From an uncultured bacterium (GTDB lineage Bacteria; Patescibacteriota; Minisyncoccia; Phycocordibacterales; UBA9973): a stretch of 53,977 nt of DNA. This document shows, one piece after another, positions 8,224 to 16,984 of this stretch. The DNA lies in NCBI GenBank assembly GCA_903907175.1, contig CAIVNB010000036.1, positions 1 to 53,977 on the forward strand, written 5' to 3'. Positions within the stretch are counted from its first letter, which is position 1; the number at the start of each line of letters is the position of its first letter. The notes beneath the pieces are model-generated. The model saw nothing but the letters and a program-made list of their open reading frames with translations. It made no database searches and was not told the DNA's origin. Position numbers and translations under genes: made by a program.

Positions 8224-9592
8224 ATTCTTTTGGTTCGAGATGGACAACAACTCTAGCGATATTATCTATTTTTTGTTTTATTAGATACTCCAAATCTCCA
8301 GCTTCGTCATGTGCTTTTTCAAGCAGGACATTGCCAGGAGTATAAGCATGAAAAGAAATGAATATTTTTTCATTGATTTTTCTTGTTTCGATGTTATGTG
8401 GTTCGTGGATATCTTTAAAATTACTAGATATAATATTGATTTTTTTTATTATTTCTTCTCTTTCTTCTCTTTCTATTTTTTGACCTTCTAGAATATTCGA
8501 CCTCAAGGGTTCAATATGTGTATTTATTTCTATATCATCGCCGAATTCTTTTTTTATAGATTCTTCTAATTTTGATGCAATACTATGAGCTTCGAATACC
8601 GTAAGGTCATATTTTACTTCCAAATCAAAATTTATATATTTCTTTGTGTTTACCAAATGGATATTTATGTCATGTACAAATACATCATGAGTATGAGCAA
8701 GAATTTGGATGTTTTCAATTATAGTTTCATTATCAAGAGTAATTGGTACAACATGAACAGTTATATCTGATTCACCAATTTTTGTTTTTATTTGTTCTTC
8801 CACACTATTGCCAATCATTTTAGTTTTTTCTAAAGATATTTTTCTACTTACTTCTATGCTAATTTCTACAAATAAAGCAGCTCCTGCTGGTCGAACTCTT
8901 ACTTTGCTAACACCGACAACCCCTTCTACTTTTTTTGCTTCATTTTCTATTAATTCCGCGATCCCTGCGGGTGCGGTATCAATTAGAACATCAAAAGTAC
9001 GTTTACTTAATTTATATCCTGCGTGGATTACTACGACCGCAACCACAAGGGCAGCAATGGTATCAGCCATCGGAACTTTAAAATACGCACAAACAAGGCC
9101 GATAAGCACAGCTCCAGAACTCCAAATGTCTGAGCTGAAATGAAGTGCATCAGCTTCAAGTGCTTGGCTTTTTGTTTCTTTTGCGACCTTCATTAATGCA
9201 CGAGAACGAGAAATATCTACAAAAATAGAAATTATTATTACTACAAAAGCGTACCAAACAATCTCAACTTCAACTTTTTCAAAAAATAATCTTTTTATCG
9301 CTTCATAAATAATCCAACCTGAGGTAACAAAAAGTAAGGCGGATTCAATTAAAGCTGAAATGCTTTCTATTTTAGAATGACCATATGGATGACGCTCGTC
9401 AGCGGGTAGGTCTGCAACTCGTACTGAAAAAAAAGTCAAAAGTGCTGCCCCTAAATCAAGGGCCGAGTGCAGAGCTTCGGATAAGATACCCAAACTCCCA
9501 GTAATTAAACCAACAACACCCTTCATGAGTGTTAAGAATATGCTCCAGAACACAGAATTTAATGCTACTTTTACCTTTTTATTGTTTTTCAT
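8222..9592 (-). CDS. Cation diffusion facilitator (FieF/CzcD-like) with three tandem C-terminal ZT_dimer-type domains
   Basis: SEALHSALD, HPYGHSKIE, ADALHFSSD motifs; three repeats ending VHVVP, THIEP and VHLEP. Confidence 0.92.
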   Translation of the reverse strand: MKNNKKVKVALNSVFWSIFLTLMKGVVGLITGSLGILSEALHSALDLGAALLTFFSVRVADLPADERHPYGHSKIESISALIESALLFVTSGWIIYEAIKRLFFEKVEVEIVWYAFVVIIISIFVDISRSRALMKVAKETKSQALEADALHFSSDIWSSGAVLIGLVCAYFKVPMADTIAALVVAVVVIHAGYKLSKRTFDVLIDTAPAGIAELIENEAKKVEGVVGVSKVRVRPAGAALFVEISIEVSRKISLEKTKMIGNSVEEQIKTKIGESDITVHVVPITLDNETIIENIQILAHTHDVFVHDINIHLVNTKKYINFDLEVKYDLTVFEAHSIASKLEESIKKEFGDDIEINTHIEPLRSNILEGQKIEREEREEIIKKINIISSNFKDIHEPHNIETRKINEKIFISFHAYTPGNVLLEKAHDEAGDLEYLIKQKIDNIARVVVHLEPKE

Positions 9593-9663
9593 ATTTGACT
9601 TTCATTTTAACATAAATAGTAATATAATATAAATAAATTTTTATTAATTACCGTTTTAGTACG

Positions 9664-10134
9664 ATGAAAAAGAAAGCAAAGAATTTAAAGAGAAAAGGAA
9701 AAATAGTAATGATAAGCGGAGGATTTGACCCTATCCACATAGGGCACGTTCGCTATATGCAGGAAGCAAAAAAACTTGGTGATAAATTGATTGTTGTTAT
9801 AAATAATGATAATTGGTTAAAACTAAAAAAGGGATATGCTTTTATGACAGAGAATGAACGAAAGGAGATTATCGAAGCGATTGGATGTGTCGATGAAGTA
9901 ATAATAACAAGCCACTCTGAAAATACTAAAGATATAACTGTTTGTGAAGAAATACGTAAAATTAAGCCGCATGTTTTTGCCAACGGTGGGGACAGAAAGC
10001 CAGACGGGGATCCTGTGCCTGAAGTAGCTCTTTGTGAGGAACTTGGCATTGAGATTGTTTATAACGTTGGACATGGTGGAAAGGTTAGAAGCTCCTCTGA
10101 ATTAGTAAAACAAGCACAAAAAATCAAAAAATAG
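9664..10134 (+). CDS. Cytidylyltransferase-like nucleotidyltransferase (TagD/RfaE/RibL-like)
   Basis: SGGFDPIHIGH (HIGH motif), ANGGDR and SSSELV motifs. Confidence 0.9.
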   Translation: MKKKAKNLKRKGKIVMISGGFDPIHIGHVRYMQEAKKLGDKLIVVINNDNWLKLKKGYAFMTENERKEIIEAIGCVDEVIITSHSENTKDITVCEEIRKIKPHVFANGGDRKPDGDPVPEVALCEELGIEIVYNVGHGGKVRSSSELVKQAQKIKK

Positions 10135-10172
10135 GCTAGTAAAACTTTTTATTTTAATGTATTATATTTGTA

Positions 10173-11402
10173 ATGGCTAAAGTTTTAAAGAAAGTAAAAA
10201 AACCTGCCGGTTCTAGTAAAAGGTCAAAAGCTAGTGTAAATAAAAAAGAAAGTAAACTTTTAAAGAAAAAAAGTGTTTTTACTCCTAGGAAAAAACTTAT
10301 TTTAAAAACTAAAAAAGTTTCTAAGGTAAAAAAAAATGTTAAGAAGATAATTTCCAAAAAAACTAAGAGAAAAATAATAATAAAAGATAAACCAAAAAAG
10401 GAGCTTAAGCGTTTTGTTGGTAACCCAATTATACATCCAGCAAGTAATATGTATTGGGAGTCAAAAGCAACTTTTAATCCAACCGCTTTCGTCCACGACG
10501 GCAAAGTACATGTGGTATATCGAGCAGTGGGGGTGAATGATATATCTACATTAGGATATGCGGGAAGCAAGGATGGGTATAATTTTTCTGAAAGAACCTT
10601 TAAACCAATATTCATTCACAAAAATTATTCGAGCAATACGGGGGAACCAATTTTTTATAGTTCTGGTGGCGGGTGGAACGGTGGGGCAGAAGATCCAAGA
10701 ATTACAAAAATCGATGATAGACTATACATGACGTATACCGCTTTCAATGGTTGGGGCTCAGTGCGTATTGGGCTCACTTCAATAAGCTTAGAGGATTTTT
10801 TAAATAAGAAGTGGAATTGGAAAAAATCAGTTTTAATTTCTCCTCCAGGAGAAGTTAATAAGAATTGGGTCATTTTCCCAGAGAAAATTAATGGTAAATA
10901 TGCTATATTTCATAGCTTTTATCCAAAAATTCTTATTAGTTATTTTAAGAGTTTAGACGAGTTAGATGGCAAGAAATTTATAAAAAGTAATAACACGAGA
11001 CCTGTAGATAAAAGTAGGGATTGGGATAGTTGGTTTCGGGGAGTAGGTCCAGCTCCTATTAAGACAAAATATGGTTGGCTTGTGTTATATCATGCGATGG
11101 ACCATAAAAATCCCGATAGATATAGGATGGGAGCGTTGTTGCTTGATTTAAAAGATCCAACAAAAATTCTCTATCGATCAAAAGAGCCAATTTTAGAACC
11201 AGAGGCATTTTATGAAAACCAAGGATATAAATGGGGTGTTGTTTATTCTTGTGGAGCAGTAGTAAAAAAAGGGGAACTTTTTATTTACTATGGAGGAGCA
11301 GACATGGTATCTTGTGTTGCTACTGCAAATTTGGAACTTTTTTTGAAAGAACTTATGACTACTGGTATTACAAAACTAAAGAAAGGAAGTAAGAAAAATT
11401 AA
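10173..11402 (+). CDS. GH130-family glycosidase/mannoside phosphorylase with a ~78-aa Lys-rich N-terminal extension
   Basis: KRFVGNPII, TFNP, YRA, EDPRI, YTAF, KNWVIFPEKING, GWLVLYH, YYGGAD motifs. Confidence 0.88.
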   Translation: MAKVLKKVKKPAGSSKRSKASVNKKESKLLKKKSVFTPRKKLILKTKKVSKVKKNVKKIISKKTKRKIIIKDKPKKELKRFVGNPIIHPASNMYWESKATFNPTAFVHDGKVHVVYRAVGVNDISTLGYAGSKDGYNFSERTFKPIFIHKNYSSNTGEPIFYSSGGGWNGGAEDPRITKIDDRLYMTYTAFNGWGSVRIGLTSISLEDFLNKKWNWKKSVLISPPGEVNKNWVIFPEKINGKYAIFHSFYPKILISYFKSLDELDGKKFIKSNNTRPVDKSRDWDSWFRGVGPAPIKTKYGWLVLYHAMDHKNPDRYRMGALLLDLKDPTKILYRSKEPILEPEAFYENQGYKWGVVYSCGAVVKKGELFIYYGGADMVSCVATANLELFLKELMTTGITKLKKGSKKN

Positions 11403-11403
11403 T

Positions 11404-13335
11404 ATGTATGTAGTAAAAAGATCAGAACACAATCCATTTTTAATTCCAAATAGAGATCATTATTGGGAAGAGTTTGCAACTTTCAATATGTGTCCTATTA
11501 AGCATGGAAAAAGTATCTATGGTGTTTATCGTGCTATATCTGCAGTTGACGCTCTAAGGAATCCACACCAGACGTCAGTTGTCGGTATAGGTAAAAGTAA
11601 AGACGGGATTCATTTTAAAGATTGTGTTCAATTTATTACTCCAAAAGAAGAATGGGATCAGTTTGGCTGCGAAGATCCAAGAATTACACATTTCGAGGGT
11701 AATTTTTATACTTTTTATACTGCTCTTTCAAAGTATCCGCTTGGTCCAGAGGGGATTAAAATTGCAGTAGCAGTATCAAAGGATTTGAAAAAAATTGACG
11801 AACGTCATTTTGTTACTCCTTTCAATGCGAAAGCGATGACGCTTTTTCCTGATAGAATAAACGGCAAAGTAACTGTAATTTTCTCAGCACATACTGATTC
11901 TCCTCCAGCAAAGATAGTAATTGCACAAGTAGATAAAATAGAAGAATTGTGGAGGCCATCTTTTTGGGAAAAATGGAGTAAAAATATAGATGATTATGTA
12001 ATTGATCCAAGGCGTAATCAATATGATCATGTTGAAGTAGGAGCTCCACCAATAAAAACAAAATATGGTTGGCTCTTAGTTTACTCTCATATTCAAAATT
12101 ATTTTCAAAACCCGAACAACCAAGAAAGAATTTTTGGCATTGAAGCCTTACTTCTTGATCCAAATGATCCAAGAAAAATAATTGGTAGAACTCCAGGGCC
12201 TCTTCTTACTCCAGAAGAGCCTTATGAATTATCAGGATATATCCCAAATGTTATTTTCCCAAGCGGAGCGATTTTAGAGAAAGATACTCTTGCTATTTAT
12301 TATGGAGCAGCTGATACTACAGCTTGTTGTGCTCATGTTTCCTTAACAGACTTGATTTCAAGCATGCACCCAGACATTAAAGAAAAATGGCACTTTAAAA
12401 GATTTTCTGGGAACCCAATCATAACTCCCAAGCAAGAGCATCCATGGGAAGCAAAGGCTACTTTTAATCCAGCGGCGATTAGTATTGGAAACAAGACGCA
12501 TATTGTCTATCGGACGTCATCCCCAGACAATACTTCATATTTTGGTTATGCCATGACAAAAAATGGTACTGATATCATTGAAAGGATAGCTGACCCGATA
12601 TATGTTCCTCGCGAAGAGTTTGAAATGAAAAAAATAAATAATGCAAATTCTGGTTGTGAGGATCCAAGATTAACCAAAATAGGTAAAAATATTTATGTAT
12701 GTTATACCGCTTTTGACGGTATTGGCCCGCCAAGAGTTGCCATCTCATCTATCACAGAAAAAGATTTTATTGCACATAACTGGAAATGGGAAAAACCAGT
12801 GCTTGTAACTCCTGCTGGTTTTGACGACAAAGACACGTGTCTTTTCCCCGAGAAACTACCAGGTGGGTATTTTATTCTTCATCGAGTTGGTAATGAAATA
12901 TGTGGGGATTATTTTAAGACACTTGATTTTAAGAATGAATCAGTAAAAAAATGTATTCGTATTATTGGAGCAAGACCAAATTCTTGGGATAGTGCAAAAG
13001 TTGGAATTACCGCTCCGCCAATAAAAACAAAATATGGATGGTTGTTGTTATACCATGGTGTGTCAAAGAGTCATTCTTCATATAGAGTAGGAGCATTACT
13101 TCTTGATTTAAAAGATCCAGCCATAGTACTTGCACGATCCACAGACCCGATTTTTGAACCAGTTGAGCAATACGAGAAGGTTGGCATTGTAAATAATGTA
13201 GTTTTCCCTTGTGGAATGGTAGTTCGTGATAAATTACTTTATATTTACTATGGTGGAGCAGATACGGTAATAGGAGTGGCCACAATGGAATTAGATATTA
13301 TATTAAAAGCATTAGTTCGTAGTTTGAAGTTTTAG
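11404..13335 (+). CDS. Tandem double GH130-domain protein
   Basis: Two full sets of FN.., GCEDPR, PPIKTKYGWLL, V(I/V)FPxG and IYYGxADT. Confidence 0.88.
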   Translation: MYVVKRSEHNPFLIPNRDHYWEEFATFNMCPIKHGKSIYGVYRAISAVDALRNPHQTSVVGIGKSKDGIHFKDCVQFITPKEEWDQFGCEDPRITHFEGNFYTFYTALSKYPLGPEGIKIAVAVSKDLKKIDERHFVTPFNAKAMTLFPDRINGKVTVIFSAHTDSPPAKIVIAQVDKIEELWRPSFWEKWSKNIDDYVIDPRRNQYDHVEVGAPPIKTKYGWLLVYSHIQNYFQNPNNQERIFGIEALLLDPNDPRKIIGRTPGPLLTPEEPYELSGYIPNVIFPSGAILEKDTLAIYYGAADTTACCAHVSLTDLISSMHPDIKEKWHFKRFSGNPIITPKQEHPWEAKATFNPAAISIGNKTHIVYRTSSPDNTSYFGYAMTKNGTDIIERIADPIYVPREEFEMKKINNANSGCEDPRLTKIGKNIYVCYTAFDGIGPPRVAISSITEKDFIAHNWKWEKPVLVTPAGFDDKDTCLFPEKLPGGYFILHRVGNEICGDYFKTLDFKNESVKKCIRIIGARPNSWDSAKVGITAPPIKTKYGWLLLYHGVSKSHSSYRVGALLLDLKDPAIVLARSTDPIFEPVEQYEKVGIVNNVVFPCGMVVRDKLLYIYYGGADTVIGVATMELDIILKALVRSLKF

Positions 13336-13359
13336 ATTATTAGATTAATTTTTTAAGAT

Positions 13360-13758
13360 ATGAAAATAAATTTTCAATCAAAAAATATAGAAATTACAGA
13401 AGCAATACATGATTATGTAGAGAAAAGAGTAACGAATTTAGGTAAATTACTAACTGAAATAGAGGAAAAAGATGGGGAAGTTATTGTTCTTTTTAGCATT
13501 TCAAAAACAACCCACCATCATAAAGGAGGTGAGGTTTTTCATGCTGATTGCTCAATAAATATAAAAGGAAAAAAGTTTTACGCTAGTGTAAACAGGCAAG
13601 ATATGTATGAAGCTATAGATGCTGTAAAAGAAGATTTGTTTACAGAAATAACAAAAAATAAAGATAAAAAAATGACTCTCTTTAAACGTGGAGCTTCTAG
13701 TGTAAAAAAAATGATGAAAGGACTTTCTAAAAGAAATCCTTTTACTTCCAAATACTAA
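13360..13758 (+). CDS. hpf: Ribosome hibernation promoting factor (RaiA/HPF)
   Basis: MKINFQSKNIEITEAIHDYVEKR ... DMYEAIDAV pattern. Confidence 0.88.
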   Translation: MKINFQSKNIEITEAIHDYVEKRVTNLGKLLTEIEEKDGEVIVLFSISKTTHHHKGGEVFHADCSINIKGKKFYASVNRQDMYEAIDAVKEDLFTEITKNKDKKMTLFKRGASSVKKMMKGLSKRNPFTSKY

Positions 13759-13768
13759 TTTTTAAATA

Positions 13769-15487
13769 ATGAACAGAGAGAGTAAAATATGCCAGAATTG
13801 CAAGAAAGACTTTCAGATAGAGTCAGAAGATTTTAATTTTTATGAAAAAATAAAAGTTCCTCCGCCAACCTTTTGTTCAGAATGTCGTTTCCAGAGAAGG
13901 TTAATATGGAGGAATGAAAGGACTTTATATAAAAGATCTTGTAATTTATGTGAAAGAAATATTATTTCTATGTATAACAAAGATGTACCATTCCCAGTAT
14001 TTTGTCAGGACTGTTGGTGGGGGGATGATTGGGATCCTACTTTATATAAACAAGATTATCATTTTGATGAAATATTTTTTAATCAGATTAATGAATTGAT
14101 AAATAAAGTTCCACAATTTCCATTATTTAATTTACGTAATGTAAATAGTGAATATTGTAATGGCACTTATCAATCTAAAAATTGCTATCTAAATTTTGCA
14201 AGCGACTTAAATGAAGATACTGGTTATTTGTATCATTCAATTGAAAATAGAAATTGTTATGACATGTTAGGGTCTCGTAAAAATGAAAATAGTTACGAAT
14301 TGATTGATTGTGAGAGATGTTATGAGTCTACAAATTTAATGCTTTCAGAGGAATGTATAGATACTAAATATTGTTATGATTGTCGTAATTGTCAAAATTG
14401 TATAGGTTGTGTTGGTTTGAGAAATAAAAGATTTTTTATTTTAAATAAAAAATATGAGAAAGAAGAATATAATAAGAAATTAAATGAATGTGTATTTGGA
14501 ACCACTGAAGAGAAAAATAATTTTAAAATAGAATTTTCAAATTTATTAAAAAAATATCCTAGAAAGTCTTCTAATTCTAGGCACTCTGTTAATTCAATAG
14601 GAGATTATTTGAGTCATGTTAAAAAATGCGTGGATTGTTTTGATGTAGAAGGGCCGGCAGAAAATCTTCGTTTTGTTATTTATGGTGTTACAAATTTAAA
14701 AGATTTATATGATTCTTATGCAATTGGTATGGGATTGGAAAGTTCTTATGAAATGATGGGGGCAGGCGATGGTTTACAAGGTTCTGCTTTTTGTTATTAT
14801 GTTTGGTCTGGTTTTAATAATTTTTATTCTTTTTTATTAAAAAATTGTCAAAATTGTTTTGCCTGCATAGGTCTAAGAAACAAAAGCTACTGTATCCTCA
14901 ACAAACAATACACAAAGCAAGAATACGAAGAATTAGTACCTAAAATAATAAAGCATATGAACGATACGCCATATATAGATGCTAAAGGAAGGATATATAA
15001 ATATGGAGAGTTCTTTCCATCAGAATTAAGTCCATTTACTTATAATGAAACCATAGCTCAAGAATATTTTCCTTTAACAAAAGAACAAGCTATGTCACAA
15101 GGATATAAGTGGAAGGATAGAGAAGAAAGAAACTATACAATAGATATTAAGAATGAAGATATCCCAGATAACATAAAAGAAGCAAACAACGATATTATCG
15201 GAAAAGTAATAGAATGCAATCACAAAGGAACTTGCAATGAACAATGCACTGAAGCTTTTAAAATCATTCCAGAAGAACTGCAATTCTACCTGAGAATGAA
15301 TTTACCACTTCCTAGACTCTGTCCTAACTGTAGACACTACAATAGACTCTCGCAACGTAATCCTTTAAAGCTCTGGCATAGACATTGTATGAAACCAAAT
15401 TGTACTAATGAATTTGAGACTAGTTACTCACCAGATAGACCTGAAATCATCTATTGTGAACGTTGTTATCAACAGGAAGTGTATTAG
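13769..15487 (+). CDS. Cys-rich Zn-ribbon repeat protein (CPR-type), paralogue 1
   Basis: CQNCKKDF, VPPPTFCSECR, WRNERTLY, two NCxNC..C.GLRNK..ILNK repeats, LPRLCPNCR, YCERCYQQEVY. Confidence 0.85.
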   Translation: MNRESKICQNCKKDFQIESEDFNFYEKIKVPPPTFCSECRFQRRLIWRNERTLYKRSCNLCERNIISMYNKDVPFPVFCQDCWWGDDWDPTLYKQDYHFDEIFFNQINELINKVPQFPLFNLRNVNSEYCNGTYQSKNCYLNFASDLNEDTGYLYHSIENRNCYDMLGSRKNENSYELIDCERCYESTNLMLSEECIDTKYCYDCRNCQNCIGCVGLRNKRFFILNKKYEKEEYNKKLNECVFGTTEEKNNFKIEFSNLLKKYPRKSSNSRHSVNSIGDYLSHVKKCVDCFDVEGPAENLRFVIYGVTNLKDLYDSYAIGMGLESSYEMMGAGDGLQGSAFCYYVWSGFNNFYSFLLKNCQNCFACIGLRNKSYCILNKQYTKQEYEELVPKIIKHMNDTPYIDAKGRIYKYGEFFPSELSPFTYNETIAQEYFPLTKEQAMSQGYKWKDREERNYTIDIKNEDIPDNIKEANNDIIGKVIECNHKGTCNEQCTEAFKIIPEELQFYLRMNLPLPRLCPNCRHYNRLSQRNPLKLWHRHCMKPNCTNEFETSYSPDRPEIIYCERCYQQEVY

Positions 15488-15509
15488 AAAATATATAATT
15501 TATCTGCTT

Positions 15510-15575
15510 AAATAGGAGTCTCCCGTTTAAGAGACGGCCGTCCATTAAGCGGGAGCGGTGGATAGGTCGCGCAAT
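15510..15575. other. GC-rich structured intergenic element between convergent genes
   Basis: CTCCCGTTTAA / TTAAGCGGGAG stem enclosing the GACGGCCGTC palindrome, with no poly-T tail. Confidence 0.5.
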
Positions 15576-15584
15576 TTAACTATT

Positions 15585-16412
15585 TTATGGTTTATAGTTT
15601 ATTTCTTTTCCGTTTTCAGGAATTATTTTTAGAATTTTGAATTCTCCATTTTCTATCTTTGCATCAGTGATAATTATTCTTTTATTATTTTCGAAAAAAA
15701 AGGTCCTAGGCCATGTGGCATAAGCACGGAATTTATTGTAATTTTTTATAGGGCTATCGTTTAAGTCTACCAATCCGTCTTCTTTTTTTATTTTTTTACA
15801 ATGAGTTGCTTTTAATTCATCTTGAGGGATAGGTTTTATTTTATTTTCTGTGAATTCTGGAAGTGTTTTTACTAAAAGTTCTCCGCCAATTTTTATTAAA
15901 CGAGCACGTAACTCTTGAGCCTTTTCATCTGAAAGTATTTTCACTATTTCTTGAGCGACAATTGGTCCTGTATCCATTTTAAATTCCATTTTTTGAATTG
16001 TGATTCCCGTTTCTTCATCACCAGCAAGAATTGCGGATTCAACAGGAGAAGCTCCACGATATTTTGGAAGAAGTGAATAATGGATATTTATTGAGCCAAA
16101 TTTTGTCATATTCAATAGCTCTTCCGGCATTATTTTCCCATAAGCGACAACAATGAAAAGTTGAAAGTTGAAAGTTGAAAGTTTTGAAATAAATTCATTA
16201 TCAAGTTTCTCCGGTTGCAAAAAAACTATGTTATTTTTTTCAGCCCAAACTTTTACTGGCGGGGGAGTTATTAGCATTTTTCGTCCCTGGGGGCGATCCG
16301 GAGATGTGATAATAAGCGATGGCATATAGCCATTTTCTTTTAGAATTTCCAGTGTCTCCGAAGCTACGTTTGGAGTACCAAAAAAAACAAATTTTAGATT
16401 TTTTTTATTCAC
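15585..16412 (-). CDS. fmt: Methionyl-tRNA formyltransferase (short C-terminal domain)
   Basis: FFGTP, VVAYGKI, INIHYSLLPKYRGASP, MDTGPI; adjacent to def. Confidence 0.95.
   Translation of the reverse strand: MNKKNLKFVFFGTPNVASETLEILKENGYMPSLIITSPDRPQGRKMLITPPPVKVWAEKNNIVFLQPEKLDNEFISKLSTFNFQLFIVVAYGKIMPEELLNMTKFGSINIHYSLLPKYRGASPVESAILAGDEETGITIQKMEFKMDTGPIVAQEIVKILSDEKAQELRARLIKIGGELLVKTLPEFTENKIKPIPQDELKATHCKKIKKEDGLVDLNDSPIKNYNKFRAYATWPRTFFFENNKRIIITDAKIENGEFKILKIIPENGKEINYKP
16157..16184. repeat. Heptamer tandem repeat (AAAGTTG)x3 plus a partial copy inside fmt
   Basis: aaagttg aaagttg aaagttg aaagttt; 21 nt keeps the frame and encodes LSTFNFQL. Confidence 0.85.
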
Positions 16413-16444
16413 TTTGTAACTTGATAAAATTCCTACTTTATAAA

Positions 16445-16978
16445 CTATTTTTGTGGTTTTTCTTCTTTTATGTCTTCTGCGTGGTCGATAAAAAGAACAC
16501 CTTTTAGATGGTCTGTTTCATGTTGAAAAATTTGGGAAAGTAAGCCTGATGCACCACGAGTGAATTTTTTACCATTTTCGTCATATGCAGTGACAGAGGC
16601 CTTTTTTGATCTTAAGGTAATACCATAGAGCCATCTCACGGAAAGACAACCTTCAGGAACTTTATCTTTTTCACGAGACAGTTTTGAAATTATAGGATTT
16701 ATAAAAACTAAATCTTTTGGTACATCTTTTTTGTCTTTAGGTAAGCCTTTGCCTTTTAAGAAATCTTTATCAAAAATTTTTCCAGAAACAACAAATATTT
16801 TAAGAGAATATCCTATTTGAGGAGCAGCTATGGCTACTCCGTCATCTTGGCTAAGTAGTGCAACAGACATTTCTTTTAGAATTTTTTGGATCTTAGGTGT
16901 TTTGATCTCGTGTATTGGAATTTCGACGGCGATCTTCCGTAAGACCATATCTTCTTTTTGGACGATTTTTTTTGCCAT
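16445..16978 (-). CDS. def: Peptide deformylase
   Basis: GVAIAAPQIG, EGCLSV and QHETDHL motifs. Confidence 0.97.
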   Translation of the reverse strand: MAKKIVQKEDMVLRKIAVEIPIHEIKTPKIQKILKEMSVALLSQDDGVAIAAPQIGYSLKIFVVSGKIFDKDFLKGKGLPKDKKDVPKDLVFINPIISKLSREKDKVPEGCLSVRWLYGITLRSKKASVTAYDENGKKFTRGASGLLSQIFQHETDHLKGVLFIDHAEDIKEEKPQK

Positions 16979-16984
16979 TTTTTT

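Noticed and set aside
15505..15575. Pistol ribozyme (TTAAATAG, TAAGCG and AGGT sub-motifs present)
   Set aside because: The required P1 loop pseudoknot partner and the P2 pairing around the GU cleavage site could not be formed; kept only as an unexplained structured element.
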